DNA of 64,000 nt from an uncultured bacterium (GCA_963727525.1 CAVSGO010000007.1:1376001-1440000); one strand, 5' to 3'; shown: positions 19,080-29,551, counted from the stretch's first letter. The notes: generated from the sequence alone by a model not told the origin. Made by a program: numbers and translations.

Positions 19080-20138
19080 CTAGTTGAACAGGGCCTTCAC
19101 GGTCGACCAGTTCGCGGACTCGGTGGCCACATCGGGCTCGAGACCGGTGAAGCTGTCGACGTAGTTGTACTCGTTACCCGCACCGGACGGCGGTGCGAAG
19201 ACCGTCGAGCCGTTCCAGAACCACACCGTCTGGCCCTCGGCGTAACCGGTGATGGTCATGTAAGCCTCGAGGCACGGGCCACCGGTGGCCTGCTGAGCGA
19301 CGGCGACGGAGGCGCAGTCCTGGGGGCTGAGCTCGAACATGTAGGTCGCCTGCTCGGCGTCCAGCGTCACGTCGATCGCGCCGCTGGGGCCCATGGTGAG
19401 GATGTACCAGTCGGTGTCACGGTACTGCGCGCCACCCGGCGAGCTGTACCAGCCGCCAACGCCGCACAGGGTCAGGTTACCGGAGTTGTCGCCAATGAGG
19501 GTCTGGAACGGGGTACCGGCCGAGTTGCAGCCACCGTTCCAGTGGTCCACGTAGCCGTCCTGCAGCGTGGGCTCACCCTCGGCCACGGAGCCGGCCGGGC
19601 AGCTGATGATGCAGGGCACGTTCTCGGTGACGTCCATGGAGTAGTCACCGAACGAGCCGCCGTAACCGTCGACGATGATGTAGTAGGTCTGGCCGGCCGT
19701 CATGGCCACGTTCTCGACCTTGGAGGAGTACACGAAGCAAGGAGCGCTCAGGTAGAAGTCGTCGTTGCAGGCGACCAGCGCGAGCGAGCTGTCGTACACG
19801 TAAACCTTCGTGTCGTAGCTCGAGTTGCACAGGTCGACGTCGACGGCGACGTTGCTCGACGGGGTGTAGGAGTAGCACACGTCCGGCGCGGTCGAGCCGG
19901 TGTACGGGCAAGCCTCGTCGTAGTCGTTGACGTAGCCGGAGGTCGTGCCGCTGTCGCTATAAGGCACGCTCGAAATCACGGTCGCGGAGAAGATGGTGTC
20001 GCCACCCTGGAGTTCAGGGTTGGGGACGTTCTCGGGAACCACGGGAGTAGCCTTGACGGGAGCCTGAATGCCAAGGTCGTTGGCGGCGGCGACGCCGACC
20101 ATACACAGGACCAAGGCAATCGTGAGCAACTTACGCAT
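19080..20138 (-). CDS. Secreted Cys/Asp-rich protein with a PPC-like domain and WSTVKALF tail (paralog B)
   Basis: Colinear with paralog A, with long identical blocks; ends ANWSTVKALFN. Confidence 0.82.
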   Translation of the reverse strand: MRKLLTIALVLCMVGVAAANDLGIQAPVKATPVVPENVPNPELQGGDTIFSATVISSVPYSDSGTTSGYVNDYDEACPYTGSTAPDVCYSYTPSSNVAVDVDLCNSSYDTKVYVYDSSLALVACNDDFYLSAPCFVYSSKVENVAMTAGQTYYIIVDGYGGSFGDYSMDVTENVPCIISCPAGSVAEGEPTLQDGYVDHWNGGCNSAGTPFQTLIGDNSGNLTLCGVGGWYSSPGGAQYRDTDWYILTMGPSGAIDVTLDAEQATYMFELSPQDCASVAVAQQATGGPCLEAYMTITGYAEGQTVWFWNGSTVFAPPSGAGNEYNYVDSFTGLEPDVATESANWSTVKALFN

Positions 20139-20406
20139 GGTTCATTTTCCCTTCGCTTTAAGTGGGCCAACCTGAGTTGCGAGGGCGGATCCGGGCTTGC
20201 CGGGCCGCCCAATCGTTGGCGAGTGGTAACCTCTCTTGTCTATCCGGACCAGGTCGGGCCAGCCGCCCTGAACGAGGTCCAAATCACTCGCACATCGGAC
20301 TGTATCACGAATTCCGACTAAATTTCTAGAAGAAAATACTACAGAATCCATTTTTTTTTGTTCACTGCGGTCTGGATATCAGGAAACGCGATACCAGCGA
20401 GACGAC

Positions 20407-20441
20407 GACGGCCCGTGGCGCTGCGCGCGCCACGGGCCGTC
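20407..20441 (-). terminator. Hairpin downstream of hppA
   Basis: Perfect 15-bp stem gacggcccgtggcgc/gcgccacgggccgtc; no clear U-tract. Confidence 0.55.
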
Positions 20442-20461
20442 ATGCATTGCGAATAAATCAT

Positions 20462-22483
20462 TTACCGAACTAGCAGCGGCGCCACCACGACCGAGATCAC
20501 GGACATGAGCTTGATCAGGATGTTGAGGCTCGGGCCACTCGTGTCCTTGAACGGGTCGCCCACGGTATCGCCAACCACGGCGGCCTTGTGAGCGTCGCTG
20601 CCCTTGCCCCCGTGATGTCCGCCCTCGATGTATTTCTTGGCGTTGTCCCACGCACCGCCCGAATTCGACTGGAAAAGCGCCATCAGCACGCCCGACACGG
20701 TCACGCCGGCCAGCAACCCGCCCAGCATCTGGACGCCGCCGAGAAAGCCCACGGCCACCGGGGTGACGATGGCGATGAGGCCCGGCAACACCATCTGCTT
20801 GATGGCCGCCGCCGTCGAGATGTCCACGCAGGTGCGGTAGTCCGCCTTGGCCTCGCCGCTGAGCAGGCCGGGGATCTCGCGGAACTGGCGCCGCACCTCC
20901 TCGATCATCGAGAAGGCCGCCTTGCCCACGGCGAGCATGGCGAGGCTCGAGAAGAGGAAAGGCAGCATCGCGCCGAAGAACAGCCCCACCAGCACGTGAG
21001 GCTCGAGCAGGTCGATCTTCTCGAGGTGGACTGCCTGCTGGTACGCGCTGAACATGGCCAGCGCCGTGAGGGCAGCCGAACCGATCGCGAAGCCCTTCCC
21101 GATCGCCGCGGTAGTGTTGCCCACGGCGTCGAGCTTGTCGGTACGCGCGCGGACGTCCGGCCCGAGGGCGGCCATCTCGCTGATGCCCCCCGCGTTGTCG
21201 GCGATGGGACCGTACGCGTCTACCGCGAGCTGGATCCCGGTCGTCGACAGCATGCCGAGTGCTGCGATACCGATGCCGTAGAGGCCCGCCGTCGCATAGG
21301 CCGCGAGGATCACACCGCAGAGCACCACGATGGGCAGAGCGGTGGAGAGCATGCCGGTGGCCAGGCCGGTGATGATGTTGGTGGCCGACCCGGTCTCGCA
21401 AGCCTTCGCGATGTTGTGCACCGGGCGGCGATTCTCCGCCGTGAAGTACTCGGTGAGCATACCGATGGCGATGCCGCCGGCGAGCCCGGCCACTGTCGCC
21501 CAGAAGACGCCCATGGCCTTGTCGGCAGGCAGCATGTTGCGCACGAGGAAGAGCGTGACGATGACCATCAGGATTCCGGCGCCGAAGGTGCCGGTGTTGA
21601 GCGCGGTCTGAGGGTTGCCGCCCTCGCGGGTGCGCACGAAGAACGTGCCCGCGATGGAGACGACGATGCCGATCGCCGCCACGGCCAGCGGCAACAGCAC
21701 CGCCGGCAGCGGGTTCTGCGGCACGAAGCCCACCGCCAGGATCATGGTGCCCACGATCGAGCCGACGTAGCTCTCGAAGAGGTCGGCGCCCATGCCGGCC
21801 ACGTCGCCCACGTTGTCGCCCACGTTGTCTGCAATCACGGCCGGGTTGCGCGGATCGTCCTCGGGGATGCCCGCTTCGAGCTTGCCCACCAGGTCGGCGC
21901 CCACGTCCGCCGCCTTGGTGTAGATACCGCCGCCCACGCGCGCGAAGAGCGCGATGCTGCTGGCGCCGAGGGAGAAGCCGGAAAGCACCTGGAGGATGCG
22001 CTGCATTCCCCAGGTACCGCCAAAGAAATGATCGTAGGCGATGAAGAGTACGCTGAGCCCCAGCACACCCAGACCCACCACGCAGAAGCCCATCACGGTG
22101 CCGCCGCTGAAGGCGACGACGAGCGCCTTGCTCAGCCCCGTGCGCGCCGCGTTCGTCGTGCGCACGTTGGCCACCGTCGCGATCTTCATGCCGAAGTACC
22201 CGGCCAGCGCCGAGCACACGGCGCCGACCACGAAGCTCAGGCCGATGAGCATCGACGATTCGGCCTGGTGAGCGTTGCCGACGGCCAGCAGCACGCCGAC
22301 CACGACCACGAAGACGGCCAGCACGCGGTACTCGCGGGTCAGGAACGCGATGGCGCCTTCCTGGATATGGGCGGCGATGGTCTGCATCTCGGGCGTACCG
22401 GCGTCTTGCTTGCGCACCCAGGCCGCCTTGTAGGCAGCGAATGCGAGGCCCAGGATACCGGCGAGAGGAATGAGGTAGATCAT
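20462..22483 (-). CDS. hppA: Membrane-bound ion-translocating pyrophosphatase, K+-dependent type (probably Na+-translocating)
   Basis: [27 protein letters not shown] and [14 protein letters not shown] motifs. GNTTAA (Ala, not Lys) indicates K+ dependence. Confidence 0.96.
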   Translation of the reverse strand: MIYLIPLAGILGLAFAAYKAAWVRKQDAGTPEMQTIAAHIQEGAIAFLTREYRVLAVFVVVVGVLLAVGNAHQAESSMLIGLSFVVGAVCSALAGYFGMKIATVANVRTTNAARTGLSKALVVAFSGGTVMGFCVVGLGVLGLSVLFIAYDHFFGGTWGMQRILQVLSGFSLGASSIALFARVGGGIYTKAADVGADLVGKLEAGIPEDDPRNPAVIADNVGDNVGDVAGMGADLFESYVGSIVGTMILAVGFVPQNPLPAVLLPLAVAAIGIVVSIAGTFFVRTREGGNPQTALNTGTFGAGILMVIVTLFLVRNMLPADKAMGVFWATVAGLAGGIAIGMLTEYFTAENRRPVHNIAKACETGSATNIITGLATGMLSTALPIVVLCGVILAAYATAGLYGIGIAALGMLSTTGIQLAVDAYGPIADNAGGISEMAALGPDVRARTDKLDAVGNTTAAIGKGFAIGSAALTALAMFSAYQQAVHLEKIDLLEPHVLVGLFFGAMLPFLFSSLAMLAVGKAAFSMIEEVRRQFREIPGLLSGEAKADYRTCVDISTAAAIKQMVLPGLIAIVTPVAVGFLGGVQMLGGLLAGVTVSGVLMALFQSNSGGAWDNAKKYIEGGHHGGKGSDAHKAAVVGDTVGDPFKDTSGPSLNILIKLMSVISVVVAPLLVR

Positions 22484-22672
22484 CAGCGCTAGCTCCTCAC
22501 GGTCGGGACTGGTGGGGTCGTCCAGCCTTGTTTCATGGCAGGCGGCCCCGACGTGGATCGCGATCGTCGGGGCCTGCCTGGAAGCAGAAAAGGGCGTATC
22601 AGTCCGCCGGAAACGCGCCCAAAGGTACCCTGCTTCGCCAGGACACGCAAGGTCGGGTTGAACCCGCTCCGC

Positions 22673-23770
22673 CTACCGCCCCTTGATCTCCAGCATCTCG
22701 ATGTCGAAGATCAGGGTGGCGTCGGGTGGGATCACTTCCTTAGGTCCCATGTGGATGCCCCGCGAACCGTACGCCAGATCGGGCGGGACCGTCAGCTCCC
22801 GCAGCTCGCCCTTCTTCATGCCCAGCAGACCGGCCTCCCAGCCCGGGATGACTTTCTTCTGGCCCAGCTTCAGGGTGAAGGGTCGTTTGCGATCGCGGGA
22901 GCTGTCGAACTTGTCGCCCTTGTTGCCGTCGGCATCGGCGAGGTACCCGTCGTAGTGCACCGTGCAGATATCATCGACCTCGGCAGCCGGGCCCTCCCCT
23001 TCCTTGAGCACCTTGATGCCGACCCGCGGGATCCCCACGACCTCGACCTCGAAATGCAACGTCGCATTGGCGGGGATGTTGGTGGTGCCGCGCTCGCCGT
23101 ATCCCAGCTCCGGTGGGATCACCAGCTCTCGCTTGCCGCCCAACCGCATGCCCACGATGCCGCGGTCCCAGCCCTTGATCACCATGCCCGAGCCCACCTT
23201 GAAGGAGAATGGCTCGTTGCGGTCGTAGGAGCTGTCGAACTTCTCGCCCTTCTGGCCGTTGTCGTCGAGCCAGCCGGTGTAGTTCACCTTCACGAAGTCG
23301 CCATCGGCCACCTCGGGGCCATCGCCCACGGTGATGTCATGGATGTCGACGCGGGGCACGTTCACGAGCTCGATCGTGTACTTCAGGGTGCTGTTCGCGG
23401 GAATCTTGGGCAGTTCGCGCTCGCCGTAGCCCAGCTCGGGGCCGATGATGAGCGTGCGCTTGCCGCCGACGCGCATCCCGATGAGGCCCTTGTCCCAGCC
23501 CTCGACCATGGCGCCGTGGCCGACCTGGTAGTCGAATGGCGCATCGTGGCTGCGATCGAACTCCTCACCCTGCTTGCCGCCGTCGTACAGCCAGCCGATG
23601 TAGTTGACCTGGACGAAGTCGCCGTCCTGGACCGTCTCACCGGTGCCGACCACCTCGTCCTCGACGAAGATGTAGTCGCTCTTCAAGGCCTTCTCGACCG
23701 GATTGCCGCATCCGGCCACCAGGATGATGGCCGGCAGAACCAGCCACCAGATCCTCGCGTCGCACCGCAT
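22673..23770 (-). CDS. Lipoprotein with three tandem FKBP-type peptidyl-prolyl isomerase domains
   Basis: Lipobox LVAGC, then three repeats of V.Y.G.L...FD.S...GW..G..GM..G..R.L...P.L.YG. Confidence 0.93.
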   Translation of the reverse strand: MRCDARIWWLVLPAIILVAGCGNPVEKALKSDYIFVEDEVVGTGETVQDGDFVQVNYIGWLYDGGKQGEEFDRSHDAPFDYQVGHGAMVEGWDKGLIGMRVGGKRTLIIGPELGYGERELPKIPANSTLKYTIELVNVPRVDIHDITVGDGPEVADGDFVKVNYTGWLDDNGQKGEKFDSSYDRNEPFSFKVGSGMVIKGWDRGIVGMRLGGKRELVIPPELGYGERGTTNIPANATLHFEVEVVGIPRVGIKVLKEGEGPAAEVDDICTVHYDGYLADADGNKGDKFDSSRDRKRPFTLKLGQKKVIPGWEAGLLGMKKGELRELTVPPDLAYGSRGIHMGPKEVIPPDATLIFDIEMLEIKGR

Positions 23771-23905
23771 GGAATCCCCTTCTGTATGGGTCTATTGTCT
23801 CGGGACAGCCTTGAGGTTGACATTCTCGCGCGAAAAGTCAAGGTTCAGGCGGGCGGCCGATCGCCCGGGCATCCGGCTCCACCATCACGCTTCGCAGGAC
23901 TGTCC

Positions 23906-25240
23906 ATGTTCGAACGCGCCCGTCAACACCTGGTCTGGCTGCTGGGTTTCCTGCTGATGGCCAATCTCTACCTCGTGCCCACGCTGGCCGCTTCGCCGCG
24001 GGCCACGGACCTGGTGGGCATGGTGCTCGGCCTGTGGGCCCTGCGGCGCCTCGCCATGGGCCGCCTGCCCGTGGCCGCCCTGGCCGTGCTCGCCCTCGTC
24101 GACCTCGGCCCCATCGGCTGGCTGTTCATGAGCCTGCTCAACCCCGACCAGGCCACCCTGGCGCAGAGCGCCCGCTGGCTGCTGGCAGCCCCCTGGGCCC
24201 TGGCGCTTCTCGTCTTCGTACAGAACGAGGACGCGTGCCAGCGTTTCGCCTGGGGCCTGGTGTGGGGCGGTGCCACGAACATCGCGGTGATCATCGCCCA
24301 GTTCGTGGGCCTCGAGGGGCTCCTGCGGCGCGCGGGACTATCGAGCAACCAGTCGGTATTCTACTACTACGTCTACAACACCGTGCGCATCCCCGGCCTG
24401 CACGGCACACCGAACGCGAGCGCGGCCATCGTCAGCCTGGTGGTGCCGGCGAGTTTCTACCTCTACTTCCGCAAGCGCGTCTCGCTCCTGATCCCCCTGG
24501 CCGCCCTGGGCGGTTTCGCGATCGCGCTCAGCCTGACGAGCACGCGCAGCCCCCTCCTCGTCACCGTGGTCTTTCTCGCCTATGCCTTCGTCGTCGCCCG
24601 CGAGGTGGGGCGCGCCCTGCTGATCGGCACCCTCGTCATCGCCCTGGTCGTGCCGGCCTTGCTCGTCTTCGGCCCCCCCGGTGGACGCAGCCGCTGGGAA
24701 GACACCATGGCCATTCAGGTGAACGCGAGCGAACGTCTGGAGACGAACCGAGCTTCGGTGGGACTGGCGCTCGCCCATCCCCTCGGGCTCGGCGTCACAC
24801 AGGGCAAGGAAGCGCTCTACGACGCCGCCGGGATTTCCGCCACGCACGACGCCTTCCTGCAGGCGGCCGTCTTCCTCGGCCTTCCCCTCGCGCTCGCGCT
24901 CATCACCGCGATGCTCGCGCTCATCGCCCGCGGCATCGCCGGCGGGGGCAGTCCGACGCTGCTGCTGCTTGCCCTGCTCGCCTTCCACACGACCGGGCTC
25001 TTCCTGTTCGAGGAACACCTCAACAACCCGAGCTTCGTGATCCTCGCGAGCTGGTTCATCGTGGCCGCGAGCCGCTTGCACGGTCGGGGCATGGGCGTGG
25101 CGGGATCAGTCGTGGAAGATCTCGCGCCGGTGCCGATCGACGTAATCCCAGCCGAAGGCGAGCACGAGCCCGCCGAATATACCCAGGAACACCAGGATCG
25201 TGATGGCGCGCAGGGGCCGCGGCCGTACGGGTTTCGATGA
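23906..25240 (+). CDS. O-antigen ligase/polymerase-like polytopic membrane protein
   Basis: About 10-12 TM helices; RIPGLHGTPN, LTSTRS, ASER and THDAFL (Wzy_C-like). The real start is ATG 23906, within the 901-aa ORF. Confidence 0.75.
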   Translation: MFERARQHLVWLLGFLLMANLYLVPTLAASPRATDLVGMVLGLWALRRLAMGRLPVAALAVLALVDLGPIGWLFMSLLNPDQATLAQSARWLLAAPWALALLVFVQNEDACQRFAWGLVWGGATNIAVIIAQFVGLEGLLRRAGLSSNQSVFYYYVYNTVRIPGLHGTPNASAAIVSLVVPASFYLYFRKRVSLLIPLAALGGFAIALSLTSTRSPLLVTVVFLAYAFVVAREVGRALLIGTLVIALVVPALLVFGPPGGRSRWEDTMAIQVNASERLETNRASVGLALAHPLGLGVTQGKEALYDAAGISATHDAFLQAAVFLGLPLALALITAMLALIARGIAGGGSPTLLLLALLAFHTTGLFLFEEHLNNPSFVILASWFIVAASRLHGRGMGVAGSVVEDLAPVPIDVIPAEGEHEPAEYTQEHQDRDGAQGPRPYGFR

Positions 25241-26371
25241 CACGATCGTCGTGCCCACGCGCTGCAATGGCGCCAGGGTCCCCAGCTTGACGAGGCGTCC
25301 CCGGATCTCCGTCTTCAGGTCGCGCCGTTTCATGGGCAGTTCCACGCGGATCTGCGCTTTCAGTTCGCCGATCTTGCGGTGAGCATCCGAGCGTTTGGCG
25401 GCGATCACGGTGGTGCGGTCGATACCGAGGCGCTCCTGCTGGAATCCGAGGCGCTTGATCTCGAGGGCGAAGCTGTCCTGCCGCGACTGGTTGCGCCACA
25501 GGGCCTGCTCCACCGTCACCTTGGCCAGCACCAGGTTGTGCTGCAGATCGCTGCGGTCGAGCACGGCATCGCGCTTGACCCAGGCGGGGATCTCCGCATC
25601 CCGCGCGTTGGACCCCTCGTTCTGTACTCGCGCGAGCGCGTCCTTGAGGGAGTCGAGGTCGTTCGCCAGACGTGGCTCCTGGTCGGTCAGCACCTCGAGT
25701 TGATTCTCGCAGCGCGCCTGCTGCGCCGTGGCCATGGCGAGGTCGATGTCGAGCTGCTTGGCCTGAGCCTCGATCTGGGCCGAGTCGGCGATGGCCGCTT
25801 CCAGACGCAACGCGGCGTTGTCCGTATCCTGTTCGAGGCCCGCGATCTGCGTCTCGAGGTTCTCGATCTGCAGCTCGAGGCCATCGCGCGTGAGGTTCAG
25901 CTCACTGGATAGCGTATCGCGTTCGGCAAACTCCATGAACAGCGTGATCCCGGTATCGAGGGTGGCCGTGGCCATCTCCGGGCTCGCGGCCGTGGTGGAC
26001 AGGGTGACGACGTCGCCGCCTTGCAGATTCTGCAACCCCTGCGCCACGAAGTCGGCCTTGATCACCGGCCGCGCGGCCGATGGCAGGTCGAGACGCTTCA
26101 CCAGTTCCCGCCGGTAGAGCATGTTCTCGTAATACTTCGTGATGTCCTTGAGCTGCCACTGGCGGTACGGGCCACCGTCGGGACTGAAGGCTGTGATGCC
26201 CGGACGCACCGTGGCGGTCGCCTCCCAGCGTCGCGTCCCGAAGAGGCCGTAGAGCACGCCCACGAGAAGGCCGAACACGGGCGGCAGGATGACCAGCAGC
26301 CGGCGGCGCCACAGGATGTTGAGGAGCGACGCCAGCGTCGCCTCGGACGCCGGTTCCTGGATCACTGTCAA
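25106..26371 (-). CDS. Wzz/polysaccharide co-polymerase-like chain-length protein
   Basis: N-terminal LWRRR plus TM helix, long coiled coil, then PVRPRP plus a C-terminal TM helix. Confidence 0.78.
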   Translation of the reverse strand: MTVIQEPASEATLASLLNILWRRRLLVILPPVFGLLVGVLYGLFGTRRWEATATVRPGITAFSPDGGPYRQWQLKDITKYYENMLYRRELVKRLDLPSAARPVIKADFVAQGLQNLQGGDVVTLSTTAASPEMATATLDTGITLFMEFAERDTLSSELNLTRDGLELQIENLETQIAGLEQDTDNAALRLEAAIADSAQIEAQAKQLDIDLAMATAQQARCENQLEVLTDQEPRLANDLDSLKDALARVQNEGSNARDAEIPAWVKRDAVLDRSDLQHNLVLAKVTVEQALWRNQSRQDSFALEIKRLGFQQERLGIDRTTVIAAKRSDAHRKIGELKAQIRVELPMKRRDLKTEIRGRLVKLGTLAPLQRVGTTIVSSKPVRPRPLRAITILVFLGIFGGLVLAFGWDYVDRHRREIFHD

Positions 26372-26425
26372 CCCGATCCTCCCTGATCTGGAGTACCTAC
26401 GCGCGACTCCACGAGCTTCGCGCGA

Positions 26426-26989
26426 CTACAAGAGCTTGCCCAGGGCCGCCTGCGAGTCGGCGAGCACCTGCGTGTGCAAGGACCCGCCGTGCGAGTCCAT
26501 CGTCACCACGGCCGGGAACCGATCCACCCGGAACATCCAGATGGCCTCGGGCGAGCCGAACTTTTCCATCAGATGCACGCCCTCGACCGCCACCACCCGT
26601 TCGGCCAGCACCTGGGCGGCGCCACCGATGGCGTGCAGATACGCGGCACCCACCTTCTGGCAGTACTCCAGCGTCTTGGGCCCCATGCCGCCCTTGCCGA
26701 TGACGCCACGGATTCCGTACTGCGCCATGAGCGGACCCTGGTACGGTTCCTCGCGGATGCTCGTCGTCGGGCCGGCCGCCTTGACCACCCAGCGATCGCC
26801 CTCGCGCACCACGACCGGTCCGCAGTGGTAGATGATGCTGTCCTTCAGATCGACCGGCGGCTTGCCGCCGTCGTGCAGGTACTTGTGGACGGCATCGCGG
26901 CCAGTGTACAACAGGCCCGTGATCTCGACCATCTGACCCACGCGCAGCTCGCGCATCTTTGCTTCGGTGAAGGGCGCTTCCAGCAACAT
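26426..26989 (-). CDS. Fe-S hydro-lyase (class I fumarate hydratase/tartrate dehydratase) beta subunit
   Basis: TGRDAVH, YHCGP, GPTTSIRE, IGKGG, MDSHG. Confidence 0.93.
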   Translation of the reverse strand: MLLEAPFTEAKMRELRVGQMVEITGLLYTGRDAVHKYLHDGGKPPVDLKDSIIYHCGPVVVREGDRWVVKAAGPTTSIREEPYQGPLMAQYGIRGVIGKGGMGPKTLEYCQKVGAAYLHAIGGAAQVLAERVVAVEGVHLMEKFGSPEAIWMFRVDRFPAVVTMDSHGGSLHTQVLADSQAALGKLL

Positions 26990-27024
26990 GGTCGGTACCT
27001 CTCGAACTCGGGTGACGAGTGGGC

Positions 27025-27915
27025 TCAGGGTTCGTACAGCCAGCTCGTGATCTTGCCCGACGGCGACACGCGCATCCCGTTGCGCCGGTACGCCCAGCAC
27101 ATGTAGGACACCGAGACGAAGAACGAGGCCGGGAGGCGATTGCGATGCGTGATCTTGCACCCCAGCAGCGTGGTTGCGCCGCCGAAGCCCATCGGGCCGA
27201 TGCCGAGACTATTGGCTTCCTTGACGATGCGCTTCTCGAGCTTGGCGAGGCTGGGTTCTGGATTCACGTCGTCGAGCGCACGGAAGAACTCCTCCTTGCT
27301 CGCCACGTAACCGGCACCGCGGTCGCCGCCGATGCACACGCCGAGGATGCCTGGCCCGCAACCCTTCCCCTGAGCCTGCATCACGGCATCGAGGACCGCC
27401 CGACGCACGCCCTCCAGATCGCGCCCGGCCCCGAGGCGGGTATCGGGCAGGCTGTACTGCGCCCCCACGTTCTCGCAGCCGCCACCCTTGAGGATGAGGC
27501 GCACGGTGAGGCTCTTGCCGGTGGTCTGGTGCAGATGGTACGACGGACTGCCCGGACCGAGGTTGGTCCCCGAGTTCTTCCCGGTGAGCGAGTCCACGGA
27601 GTTCTGGCGCAGGTAGCCGACACGGGTGGCCTCGACCACGGCCTTGTCGAAGACGCGACGGAACGTCTTCTCGTCGAGCCACGCCGGCAGGTCGGCGTAG
27701 CAGATGATGGTGCCGGTGTCCTGGCACAGCGGCAGGCTCTTGTCCCTGGCGAGCACGATGTTGTCGAGAATGACCTTCAGAGCGTACTTGGCCGTGGAAT
27801 CCCTGGCCTCCCGCCGGTGCCCTTTCTCGATGACGCGCACCACGTCGGCAGGCAGCTCGGAAGAGGTGCGCCGGACGAGCTCCAGCAGGTGCTTCTCCAA
27901 GAGTTTGGCGTCCAT
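27025..27915 (-). CDS. Fe-S hydro-lyase (class I fumarate hydratase) alpha subunit
   Basis: PLCQDTG, LRQN, KGGGCEN, GCGP, GIGPMGFGG, MCWAYRR. Confidence 0.93.
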   Translation of the reverse strand: MDAKLLEKHLLELVRRTSSELPADVVRVIEKGHRREARDSTAKYALKVILDNIVLARDKSLPLCQDTGTIICYADLPAWLDEKTFRRVFDKAVVEATRVGYLRQNSVDSLTGKNSGTNLGPGSPSYHLHQTTGKSLTVRLILKGGGCENVGAQYSLPDTRLGAGRDLEGVRRAVLDAVMQAQGKGCGPGILGVCIGGDRGAGYVASKEEFFRALDDVNPEPSLAKLEKRIVKEANSLGIGPMGFGGATTLLGCKITHRNRLPASFFVSVSYMCWAYRRNGMRVSPSGKITSWLYEP

Positions 27916-28125
27916 GCTCGCTCCTTTGCGCTGGCAGGGGACGGACGGCGACGACGGGTGATCCCCGGTGGCCACGCGGCCGAACCGATGGTAACGGGCG
28001 GGACTGGCGCGGTCAAACCCAGTTCCGGCGCGCCCCGTTCCGGCGAGATCCCGCAGATCAGGGCGACGGGACACGGCCCCGGGATGCCGACTTGCCGGCC
28101 CGGGACCGGTCGTGATAGTTTTCAT

Positions 28126-28303
28126 CCCACCTTATTCATGCTATCGCGTAGCGAGGCGAGTGGAACGGTCTCTGTGAGCGGGATCTCGCAGGGTTTGTGA
28201 GGGAGCCGTACCCGCCGGGGTACGGTGACCGAAACAAACCCGAGAAAGCCCGCTCACAGAGACCGTTACGCCGCCGCATTAGCGATAGCATGAATAAGGT
28301 GGG
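28126..28303. mobile_element. 178-bp non-coding fold-back element (MITE/REP-like)
   Basis: Perfect 22-bp terminal IR (28126-28147 / 28282-28303), a nested perfect 19-bp IR (28164-28182 / 28249-28267), an 8-bp IR and an apical stem. Flanks are TTCAT and TTCAC. Confidence 0.65.
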
Positions 28304-28354
28304 TTCACAGCCAGATCGCGTCAGGCGACCGCGCCAACGTCAGAGGAGACCGCC

Positions 28355-29536
28355 ATGAAGTACCTGTTGCTCGGTGCCGGCCTGCAGGGTACGGCCATCG
28401 CCTTCGACCTGCTCCAGCAGGCGCCCGACACGACCTCGCTCGTCGTGGTCGATTCCCGCGCGGACGCGCTGGACCATCTCGCCACGCGTTTCGACGATAG
28501 GCGCCTGCGCTGCGTGCAGGGCGACGTGAGCGACGGCGCTTTCCTGGCTCCCCTGGTCGCGGCCGCCGACTGCATGATCAGTGCCGTCAATTACTGGTAC
28601 AACGTCGACCTGGCCCAGGCCGCGGTGGCCGGCGGGGCGCATTTCGTCGATCTGGGCGGCAACAATGACGTCGTGGCCCAGGAACTGAACCTCGACGCGG
28701 CCGCCCGGGCGGCCGGCGTGTCCGTCGTGCCCGACTGCGGGCTCGCTCCCGGCCTGGCCAATATCCTCGGCTACTGGGTCGCCAGCCAGCTCACCACCTG
28801 CGAGACGGTGCGGCTGCGGGTGGGAGGCCTGCCCCAGCAGCCACGGCCGCCCCTGAATTACCAGCTCGCGTTCTCCGTGCAGGGCCTGATCAACGAGTAC
28901 CTCGAGCCGGCGCTCGTGATCCGCGATGGCAAGGTGCGGACGGTGCCCTCGCTCACGGAGCTGGAGACCATCGCCTTTCCCCCACCGTTCGGCGAGCTGG
29001 AGGCCTTCCAGACCAGCGGCGGCACGTCGACCCTGCCGCACACCCTCGAGGGCCGTGTGCAGCAACTCGACTACAAGACCATCCGTTACCGCGGGCACTG
29101 CGACCAGCTGCGTACGCTCCACAGCCTCGGGCTCTTCGGCAACGACCCGGTGATGGTGGCCGGCGCCGAGGTGAAACCCCGGGACGTGCTGGCCGAAATG
29201 CTCACGCGCACCTTGCCGACCAGCGGGGACGATGTTGTCTTGATACTCGTCGAGGCCGAGGGAACCGTCGCGGCGGGAGGGAACTTGCCGCCGCAGCCGA
29301 TCCGGCGTTCGGTGCGGATCATCGATCGCAACGACGTACGGACGCGGCTCTCGGCCATGATGCGCATGACCGGTTTCCCGGCCGCGATCATCGCCCAGAT
29401 GCTCGCCCGGGGCGACATCGCGGCCCCCGGCGCCCGCCCCCAGGAGCTGATCGTGCCCGCGGAGCGCATGCTCGACGAGCTGAAGCGCCGCGGCGTGCAG
29501 GTGGAGTCCTGGCAGAGCGAACCGCGCAAGGCCTAG
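28355..29536 (+). CDS. Saccharopine dehydrogenase / lysine 6-dehydrogenase family protein
   Basis: LLGAGLQG, FVDLGG, DCGLAPG, VGGLPQ, GLINEY, YKTIRYRGH. Confidence 0.9.
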   Translation: MKYLLLGAGLQGTAIAFDLLQQAPDTTSLVVVDSRADALDHLATRFDDRRLRCVQGDVSDGAFLAPLVAAADCMISAVNYWYNVDLAQAAVAGGAHFVDLGGNNDVVAQELNLDAAARAAGVSVVPDCGLAPGLANILGYWVASQLTTCETVRLRVGGLPQQPRPPLNYQLAFSVQGLINEYLEPALVIRDGKVRTVPSLTELETIAFPPPFGELEAFQTSGGTSTLPHTLEGRVQQLDYKTIRYRGHCDQLRTLHSLGLFGNDPVMVAGAEVKPRDVLAEMLTRTLPTSGDDVVLILVEAEGTVAAGGNLPPQPIRRSVRIIDRNDVRTRLSAMMRMTGFPAAIIAQMLARGDIAAPGARPQELIVPAERMLDELKRRGVQVESWQSEPRKA

Positions 29537-29551
29537 ACCTCGAGCCAAAGG

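Noticed and set aside
22535-23905. N-terminal half of the 901-aa ORF as part of a fusion protein
   Set aside because: It is antisense to the FKBP gene; the real membrane protein starts at ATG 23906.
28126-28303. CRISPR array, tRNA or simple terminator
   Set aside because: No direct repeat-spacer periodicity, no cloverleaf, and far too long for a terminator.
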